From the NCBI GenBank assembly GCA_004293485.1, contig RDYW01000033.1, positions 28,649 to 92,648 on the forward strand: DNA of 64,000 bases, read 5' to 3'. The notes below the pieces were generated by a model. That model was not told where the DNA came from. It saw nothing but the letters and a program-made list of their open reading frames with translations, and did no database searches. Positions 57,115-64,000 of this stretch are shown piece after piece. This stretch comes from Sphingobacteriales bacterium (GTDB taxonomy: Bacteria > Bacteroidota > Bacteroidia > Sphingobacteriales > Sphingobacteriaceae). The translations under genes and the position numbers were made by a program. Position 1 is the stretch's first letter; each line of letters opens with the position of its first letter.

Positions 57115-58503
57115 TTATAAAGCCAATACGGCTTGTTTAAATTGGTTTCCCCTATCTTCGTAATTGCTAAACAAATCGAAACTTGCACAGGCAGGCGAAA
57201 GTAAAACGGTATCGCCTTTAGTGGCTAAATGGTAGGCAACTTGTACGGCATCGGCTGCGGTTGCTGTGTTTACAATAAGTTCTACCACATCTTCGAAAGC
57301 ATTGTGTATGGCTTGGTTTTTTTTGCCTAGGCATACAATGGCTTTTACTTTTTGCTTTACTAGTTCGCGTATTTGGTTGTAATCGTTACCCTTATCTACC
57401 CCGCCCATAATTAGTACAATATCGGTATTGTACGAATCTAGCGCATACCAAGTGGAGTTTACATTGGTGGCTTTAGAGTCGTTTATAAAAGTAACATCGG
57501 CTATTTTGGCTACAAACTCTAGTCGGTGGTCGGCGTTTTTAAAGTTACTTAAGCTTTCGCGGATGGTGGGATTTCGTATCTCCAAAATTTTTGCCGCAAT
57601 GCCCGATGCCATCGAATTGTATAAATTATGCTTGCCTTGTATGGCCAGTTCGTTTACCATCATTTCAAATGTATCGTTATCTTTTATATGTACTTGCATT
57701 GTATTGTTATTTAAAAAAGCACCCGATGTTAGCGGATGTTCGATAGAAAAAGGGTGCTTTTGTGCGTGTATGATTTTGTTGGGTAATTCTTTTAGGGTTT
57801 CGGCATCATCATCACAATAAATAAAATGATTGGCCGAAGTTTGGTTTTGGATAATTCTAAATTTTGCGTTTACGTAGTTTTGCATCACATAATCGTACCT
57901 ATCTAAATGGTCGGGAGTTATGTTTAGCAATACGGCAATATCGGCCTTAAAGGCGTACATATTATCCAACATAAAACTGCTGATTTCTAATACATAAATA
58001 TCAAAGTTTTGCTTAGCCACTTGCCTAGCAAAGCTGTAGCCAATATTACCCGCTAAGCCTACATTTAAGCCTGCGTTTTTTAATATATGGTAGGTTAATA
58101 ATGTGGTAGTGGTTTTGCCATTGCTACCTGTAATACATATTGTTTTGGCATTGGTGTACCGGCTGGCAAATTCAATTTCGGAAATTATAGGGATATTATT
58201 AGCTATTAGTTTTTGTATTATTTGTGCCTTATCGGCTATGCCTGGGCTTTTTATAATTTCAACAGATTTAAGTATAATTTCTTCGCTATGCTGGTTTTCT
58301 TCGAATGGGATATTTAGGTTTTGTAACTCGGTTTTATAGTTTTCTTTTATCTCACCAAAATCAGAAACAAAAACATTATAACCCTGTTTTTGTGCCAATA
58401 CAGCTGCGCCCACACCACTTTCGCCTGCGCCTAAAATGCATAATAATGGTTTTTGGCTATCAAAAACAAAACTGTTTATAGTATATGTAGCTTGGTTTTC
58501 CAT
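57115..58503 (-). CDS. murD: UDP-MurNAc-L-alanine-D-glutamate ligase
   Basis: ILGAGESG, KSPGI, ITGSNGKTTT, EISSF, NITPDHLDRY, NDSKATN, LSPACASFD. Confidence 0.97.
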   Translation of the reverse strand: MENQATYTINSFVFDSQKPLLCILGAGESGVGAAVLAQKQGYNVFVSDFGEIKENYKTELQNLNIPFEENQHSEEIILKSVEIIKSPGIADKAQIIQKLIANNIPIISEIEFASRYTNAKTICITGSNGKTTTTLLTYHILKNAGLNVGLAGNIGYSFARQVAKQNFDIYVLEISSFMLDNMYAFKADIAVLLNITPDHLDRYDYVMQNYVNAKFRIIQNQTSANHFIYCDDDAETLKELPNKIIHAQKHPFSIEHPLTSGAFLNNNTMQVHIKDNDTFEMMVNELAIQGKHNLYNSMASGIAAKILEIRNPTIRESLSNFKNADHRLEFVAKIADVTFINDSKATNVNSTWYALDSYNTDIVLIMGGVDKGNDYNQIRELVKQKVKAIVCLGKKNQAIHNAFEDVVELIVNTATAADAVQVAYHLATKGDTVLLSPACASFDLFSNYEDRGNQFKQAVLAL

Positions 58504-58504
58504 A

Positions 58505-59806
58505 TTAGCGTAGTTTTAAGGTTACAATAGTAATAACGGCAAGTAAAATGCCTACAATCCAAAAACGGGTAACAATTTTAGATTCGTGGTAACCCTTTTT
58601 TTGAAAATGATGGTGCAGCGGAGCCATTAAAAACACCCTACGCCCTTGGCCATATTTTTTCTTGGTAAACTTGAACCAAAATACTTGAATAATTACCGAT
58701 AGGTTTTCGATTAAAAACACACCACATAAAATGGGTATTAATAATTCTTTTCGGATAATGATGGCAAAAACGGCAATAATACCACCAATGGTTAAGCTAC
58801 CAGTATCGCCCATAAAAACTTGGGCAGGGTAGGTGTTGTACCATAAAAAGCCAATACAAGCCCCTACAAAAGCCCCTGCGAAAATTACCAATTCGCCACT
58901 GTTAGGTATGTAAATAATGTTAAGGTAATCGGCAATGATGGTATTGCCCGATACATAAGCCAGCAGTGCCAGTGTTAAGCCAATAATGGCCGATGTACCC
59001 GTAGCTAAGCCATCAATACCATCGGTAATATTGGCACCGTTGGATACTGCAGTTACAATTACGATAGTAAAAAGTAAAAAAACAATTAAGCCATATTTTT
59101 GATAATTACCACCCAAAAACTTTAAAACCTTGGCATAATCAAACTCGTTGTTTTTATAAAACGGAATATTGGTTATGGTGCTTTTTACATCCTTGGCATA
59201 ATATACGCCATCGGGTTTTTGTATGCGTATTAATTTTTGGCCATTAGGCGATATTACCTCTTGCGACGAACCCACAGTGTGTTTTCCCATTGATTTGCTG
59301 TAGCTTACTGGCATTTTAGAAATGTTTTTTCGTACCAAAATATTGGAATGAAAAAACATGGTATAACCTACAATGAGCGATAGCCCTACTTGCCCTACAA
59401 TTTTAAACCTACCCGCAAGGCCTTCTTTATTTTTTTTAAATATTTTTATATAATCGTCTAAAAAACCTATGGCACCCATCCACAGGGTGGTAACTATCAT
59501 TAAAATTATATAAATGTTTTCGAGCTTGGCAAACAATAAAACAGGGATTAAAATGCCTGCAATAATAATTAAGCCACCCATGGTAGGTGTACCCGCTTTT
59601 TGCATTTGCCCATCTAAACCTAGGTTGCGTACAGTTTCGCCTACTTGTTTTTGCCTTAAATAATTGATAAGTGTAGCACCATAAACTGTTGTAATTATCA
59701 GCGATAAAATTATAGCCATTGCTGCCCTAAATGATATAAACTTAAAAAGTCCAGCACCTGGGAAGTTGTAATGGTTATCTATATATGTAAAAAAGTAGTA
59801 CAACAT
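58505..59806 (-). CDS. mraY: Phospho-MurNAc-pentapeptide transferase
   Basis: [40 protein letters not shown]. Confidence 0.97.
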   Translation of the reverse strand: MLYYFFTYIDNHYNFPGAGLFKFISFRAAMAIILSLIITTVYGATLINYLRQKQVGETVRNLGLDGQMQKAGTPTMGGLIIIAGILIPVLLFAKLENIYIILMIVTTLWMGAIGFLDDYIKIFKKNKEGLAGRFKIVGQVGLSLIVGYTMFFHSNILVRKNISKMPVSYSKSMGKHTVGSSQEVISPNGQKLIRIQKPDGVYYAKDVKSTITNIPFYKNNEFDYAKVLKFLGGNYQKYGLIVFLLFTIVIVTAVSNGANITDGIDGLATGTSAIIGLTLALLAYVSGNTIIADYLNIIYIPNSGELVIFAGAFVGACIGFLWYNTYPAQVFMGDTGSLTIGGIIAVFAIIIRKELLIPILCGVFLIENLSVIIQVFWFKFTKKKYGQGRRVFLMAPLHHHFQKKGYHESKIVTRFWIVGILLAVITIVTLKLR

Positions 59807-61266
59807 TAGGCCAGTAAATTAAATTGTTGCGTTAATATTTCTTTATCGTCAAAATGGGTTTTTACACCGTTTATTTCTTGGTATTTTTCGTGGCCTTTGC
59901 CTGCTAGTAAAATAATATCGCCAGGTTGTGCTAGGTGGCAAGCGGTTTTTATGGCTTCACGCCTATCGGTAATGCGCATTACTTTTTTTTGATTTACAGG
60001 CGATACGCCCACCATCATTTCTTCAATAATTTTTTCGGGGGCTTCGGTACGGGGGTTATCAGATGTTAAAATTACTTTATCGCTCCAGTCGCATGCGGTA
60101 CGGGCCATTATGGGGCGTTTGGTTTTATCTCTATCGCCACCGCAACCAATAATGGTAATTACTTTTTCGGTACCGTTTGCTAAATCGCTTATGGTGCTTA
60201 ATACGTTTTGTACGGCATCGGGCGTGTGGGCGTAATCAACAATACCTACTATTTTATTGGGCGATATAATATAATCGAACCGGCCTTCGGCTCCGCTTAA
60301 TGTGCTTAAAACAGTAAGTACGTTTAGGCTATCTTGCTCCAGCAAAATGGCTGTACCATAAACGGCCAAAAGGTTATAGGCGTTAAAACTGCCCACCATT
60401 TTAAAGTAAACTTCGTTACCGTTAACATCAAGGTGCAAGCCCGAAAACTGGTTTTCGATAATTTTACCTTTAAAATTTGCCAAGGTTTTTAAGGCATAAG
60501 TTTTTTTGCTTGCTTGGGTGTTTTGCAACATTACAGTGCCGTTTTTATCATCAACATTGGTAAGGGCAAAGGCTGGTTTTGGTAAGCCATCAAAAAATGC
60601 TTTTTTGGCTTTTATATAGTTATCAAACGTTTTATGAAAATCGAGATGGTCGTGGGTGATATTGGTAAATACGCCTCCCGCAAAGGTTACACCTGCAATA
60701 CGCTGCTGCACAATAGCGTGTGAGCTTACTTCCATAAAGCAATAATCGCAACCTTGCGTTACCATATCGGCCAGCAATTGGTTAAGCGCAATAGGGTTAG
60801 GTGTGGTATGTGTTGATGGTATTATTTTGCCATTTATTTGGTTTTCTACCGTTGATATTAAACCTGTTTTGTAGCCTAATGCTATAAAAAGTTGGTACAG
60901 TAATGTGGCTACGGTGGTTTTACCATTGGTGCCTGTAATGCCTACCAGTTTTAATTTTTGGCTGGGGTTATGGTAAAAGTTGGCGGCAATTATACCTAAG
61001 GCTTTCGCCGAGTTGGCCACTTTTATATACGTTACACCATCGGTAAATTTATCGGGTAAAGTTTCACATATAATTGCGATAGCTCCTTGGTTAATTGTTG
61101 TATTAATATATTGATGGCCATTGGTTTGCGTTCCATCAATAGCTATAAAAACCGAGCCTTGGTTTACCTCCCTCGAGTCGAAATGTAGGGCATTAACAAG
61201 CATATCGGTAGTGCCAATAACTTGCTCAATAGCAACGCCATACAATATATCTTTTAACAAACTCAT
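59806..61266 (-). CDS. murE: UDP-MurNAc-tripeptide synthetase
   Basis: [58 protein letters not shown]. Confidence 0.97.
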   Translation of the reverse strand: MSLLKDILYGVAIEQVIGTTDMLVNALHFDSREVNQGSVFIAIDGTQTNGHQYINTTINQGAIAIICETLPDKFTDGVTYIKVANSAKALGIIAANFYHNPSQKLKLVGITGTNGKTTVATLLYQLFIALGYKTGLISTVENQINGKIIPSTHTTPNPIALNQLLADMVTQGCDYCFMEVSSHAIVQQRIAGVTFAGGVFTNITHDHLDFHKTFDNYIKAKKAFFDGLPKPAFALTNVDDKNGTVMLQNTQASKKTYALKTLANFKGKIIENQFSGLHLDVNGNEVYFKMVGSFNAYNLLAVYGTAILLEQDSLNVLTVLSTLSGAEGRFDYIISPNKIVGIVDYAHTPDAVQNVLSTISDLANGTEKVITIIGCGGDRDKTKRPIMARTACDWSDKVILTSDNPRTEAPEKIIEEMMVGVSPVNQKKVMRITDRREAIKTACHLAQPGDIILLAGKGHEKYQEINGVKTHFDDKEILTQQFNLLA

Positions 61267-61268
61267 TT

Positions 61269-63365
61269 TTATTGTAATGCGATTAAAATTTTAGTTCCTT
61301 TAATAATAGGTGTACCCGCCAAAATAGATTGATTGGTAACTTGCCCGCTGCCGCTAATAATGGGTTTTAAGCCCGAGTTCCCCAACACATACAGCGCATC
61401 TTTTAAGCCCATACCTGTTACATTGGGCACAATACCTCGGCGTTTAAATACCTCTTTATAGGCAATACCGCTATTGCTATCGGCATCGTCGGTACTTAGT
61501 TTTTCTAGTTGCGTTTTTATGCCAAAGCTATTGTAAACCATATTGTTGGCTTTGTTGTAGCCTTGTTTTGCTTGGGGGGTGCAGCGGCTTGTGGTTTTTT
61601 GTTTAATGTTTGCGTAATGCAGCATATCCATATCACTGGCAAAAATATGGTCGGCTACTTCCCTAAAAACAGGCCCCGATACCAGCGCACCATAATATAA
61701 TCCTTTGGGGTCGTTTATTACCACAATCATCGAGTATTTGGGGTTTTCGGCAGGGAAATATCCTACAAACGAAGCCTGATATTGCTTATTGGCTTTGTAC
61801 CCTTTGTTGCCATCGGCCACTTGGGCTGTACCCGTTTTGCCAGCAATATTATAGAGTGGGTTATATACAATTAGCTTTCCACTACCTTCGGTTACTACGC
61901 CTTCAAGCATTGCTTTAACCTTGCTTAGGGTAACATCCGAGCATATTTTGGGGTTAATTACCCGGGCCTTAAACTGTTCTACCGAATTACCTAATCGCTT
62001 AATTTCTTTTACAAAAATGGGCGAGATATATTTGCCGTTATTGGCCACGGCGTTATAAAACGATAGCATTTTTAAAGGTGTAAGTTGCATTTCGTAACCG
62101 TAGGCCATTTGTGGCAAGGTCATGTTTTTGTTCCAGCTGGTATTTCTAGGCGTTTTAACCACGGGCTGGGCTTCGCCAGGTATTTGCAGTTCTAGCTTTT
62201 CGTTTAAATGCCAATTGTATAAATGATTGGTAAATTTCGATTGCCTAAACCTATAATTGGTATTTACGAGTTTGGCAATAGCTGCGTTCGATGATTGTTC
62301 AAAGGCTTTTTTTACCGTTACCACGCCAATACTTCCGTGTGAATCGGTAATTACCTTACCTGGTATTTTATAAGTACCTGTACCAACCATGGTGTTGGTG
62401 TCTATCAATTTATCTTCGAGCAATGCCATGTACGATGCCAGCTTAAAGGTAGAGCCAGGGTCTTGATTGCCAGCAATGGCGTAGTTAAATTGTTCTTTAT
62501 ACACGCCATCGCTAACTTTGGTAAAATTGGCTACTGCCCTAATTTCGCCTGTGGCTACTTCCATTACTATTACGGTACCATGGTCGGCTTGGCTTTTTAC
62601 GAGTTGTTTTTGTAGGGCATTTTGTGCCAAATCTTGCATGTTAATATCAATGGTGCTAATAATATCGGCACCATCTTTAGGGGCAATTTCATCTTCTTCG
62701 TTTACAGGCATCCACACCCCACCCGATATACGTTGCACCAATCGCTTGCCACTTTCGCCATTAATATATTGGCCGTAAGCACCCTCTAGGCCTACGCCGT
62801 TTTTTACGTTTTCGTTTTTATAACCAATGGTACGGGCGGCCAAATTTCTAAAAGGTAAAATGCGTTTGTTTTGTTGTATGGTTATCATCCCGCCCTTATA
62901 CCTTCCTAAATTAAACATCGGAAATTTTTTCATGGCCTTTAAGTTTTGATACGTCATATCTCGTTTTATAAGAAAATAACGCTGTTTATCTTGGCGGGCA
63001 TTACGCAGTTTGCGGGTGTAATCTCGGGCCGATTTGTCTTTAAAATAAGTAGCTAAAGCAGCCCCTAACGAATCTACTTTATCATAAAATAATTTATCGT
63101 CTTTTATACCACCAGCCAGCATATCCATACGCACCTCATATTGCGGAACCGATGTTGCCAAAAGGCTGCCATCAATAGCATAAATATTTCCTCGCGATGC
63201 TTCAACTTCAACATATTTGGTACTAAAACTTTTGGCCATAGCCCTATAATGTGGCCCCTGCACTACTTGTACTTGTACTAGTTTTCCTATTACTGCACAC
63301 GCAAATAGCAATATAATGCCAAATGCTGCATATACCCTTAATAATATGTTTGTTCTAATATTCAT
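61269..63365 (-). CDS. ftsI: Penicillin-binding protein FtsI with PASTA domain
   Basis: PGSTFK (SxxK), QSSN (SxN), AGKTGTAQ; C-terminal VPNVTGMGLKDA. Confidence 0.93.
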   Translation of the reverse strand: MNIRTNILLRVYAAFGIILLFACAVIGKLVQVQVVQGPHYRAMAKSFSTKYVEVEASRGNIYAIDGSLLATSVPQYEVRMDMLAGGIKDDKLFYDKVDSLGAALATYFKDKSARDYTRKLRNARQDKQRYFLIKRDMTYQNLKAMKKFPMFNLGRYKGGMITIQQNKRILPFRNLAARTIGYKNENVKNGVGLEGAYGQYINGESGKRLVQRISGGVWMPVNEEDEIAPKDGADIISTIDINMQDLAQNALQKQLVKSQADHGTVIVMEVATGEIRAVANFTKVSDGVYKEQFNYAIAGNQDPGSTFKLASYMALLEDKLIDTNTMVGTGTYKIPGKVITDSHGSIGVVTVKKAFEQSSNAAIAKLVNTNYRFRQSKFTNHLYNWHLNEKLELQIPGEAQPVVKTPRNTSWNKNMTLPQMAYGYEMQLTPLKMLSFYNAVANNGKYISPIFVKEIKRLGNSVEQFKARVINPKICSDVTLSKVKAMLEGVVTEGSGKLIVYNPLYNIAGKTGTAQVADGNKGYKANKQYQASFVGYFPAENPKYSMIVVINDPKGLYYGALVSGPVFREVADHIFASDMDMLHYANIKQKTTSRCTPQAKQGYNKANNMVYNSFGIKTQLEKLSTDDADSNSGIAYKEVFKRRGIVPNVTGMGLKDALYVLGNSGLKPIISGSGQVTNQSILAGTPIIKGTKILIALQ

Positions 63366-63777
63366 TGGGGGCTACTACAATTTTTACAGGTGGGGTAACA
63401 GGTACTTTTAATTGCAACAGGGTATCTACACGGCTTACTACTTCGGTTTGCTTGCTTTTAAACATTAAATCGGCTTTTAGGGTTTTAAAATCCCAACTTA
63501 ACTCTTTCACCTCTTTATTTAGTTTATCAATTTCGCGAATATTATTTTCGGCCGAATGGCGGTTACCAATATATATTAAGGCTAAAAACGATAAAAACAA
63601 TATAAAAGGCAGGGCATCGGTAGCGGCCTCTTTTGATACCACTCCTTTTACAAAAAGCAAGTGAAAAAAGTTATTGGCTGGCAAGGCAAAATCAGATTTT
63701 TGCTTTACTTTAGGCTCAAAAACGGCTTCGTTTTCTTCCTGTATTTCTTCTATTTTGCTTTTAAACTGGTTGCTCAT
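63355..63777 (-). CDS. ftsL: FtsL-like cell division protein
   Basis: One TM (LPFILFL...YIGNRH) plus coiled coil; between rsmH and ftsI. Confidence 0.8.
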   Translation of the reverse strand: MSNQFKSKIEEIQEENEAVFEPKVKQKSDFALPANNFFHLLFVKGVVSKEAATDALPFILFLSFLALIYIGNRHSAENNIREIDKLNKEVKELSWDFKTLKADLMFKSKQTEVVSRVDTLLQLKVPVTPPVKIVVAPNEY

Positions 63778-63998
63778 CGTTTTACAGCAATACGTAACCT
63801 TGCGCTGCGGGCTCGGTTATTGGTTTCTAACTCTTGTGCGCTGGCCGTAACCGATTTTCGGGTAATTACATCAAAAGGCTTTATATCGTTACCAAAAAAA
63901 TCTTTTTCTACCTCGCCACTAAATTTGCCTTTGGCCATAAAATTTTTAACCATCCTATCCTCCAGCGAGTGGTACGACATAATTACCAGCCGCCCTCC
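63774..63998 (-). CDS. rsmH: 16S rRNA (cytosine1402-N4)-methyltransferase, 5' part outside the window
   Basis: GGRLVIMSYHSLEDR...NNRARSARLRIAVK. Confidence 0.95.
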   Translation of the reverse strand, partial: GGRLVIMSYHSLEDRMVKNFMAKGKFSGEVEKDFFGNDIKPFDVITRKSVTASAQELETNNRARSARLRIAVKR

Positions 63999-64000
63999 AG

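Noticed and set aside
58505-61266. murF missing between murE and mraY
   Set aside because: The usual Bacteroidota dcw arrangement; murF is typically elsewhere.
70-63664. Many short ORFs antisense to or nested in long genes (e.g. 70-291, 3083-3616, 6127-6510, 24117-24644, 49367-49879, 50210-50854)
   Set aside because: Shadow frames of well-supported genes; no recognisable motifs.
1-64000. CRISPR array, IS/transposase, prophage, rRNA, known defence genes
   Set aside because: No regularly spaced direct repeats or diagnostic protein motifs found on either strand.

Overview
Chromosomal window from an AT-rich Bacteroidota bacterium, most likely Sphingobacteriaceae (Pedobacter-like), judged from gldH, porT, T9SS cargo, TAnnTTTG promoters and a dcw cluster lacking murF. 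It is mostly core genome: holB-ricT-gldH; surE-lpxB; an alpha/beta hydrolase-CBS-nadK-DUF6089-uppS-bamA-skp-skp-murI envelope block; rsmI-lnt-ubiE-porT; lpdA; guaB; prfC; five tRNAs; and the dcw cluster (rsmH partial to ftsZ). Accessory stretches are a 20-31 kb secreted/lipoprotein block (glycoside hydrolase, sialate O-acetylesterase, FG-GAP/ASPIC-UnbV protein, vanadium haloperoxidase, T9SS cargo) with no SusC/D, and a guaB-linked moaD-moaE-Rdx-mobA cluster. Best leads: (1) an S9-peptidase homologue with no catalytic Ser, no oxyanion motif and a shortened propeller, placed first in a tight operon with a sensor kinase and response regulator; (2) four DnaA-box-like 9-mers in 58 bp between ftsA and ftsZ; (3) palindromic REP-like elements, including small repeats nested in a larger one and one in frame inside a gene. 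No integrase, transposase, rRNA or CRISPR array was seen. All family assignments come from motif recognition, not database searches.
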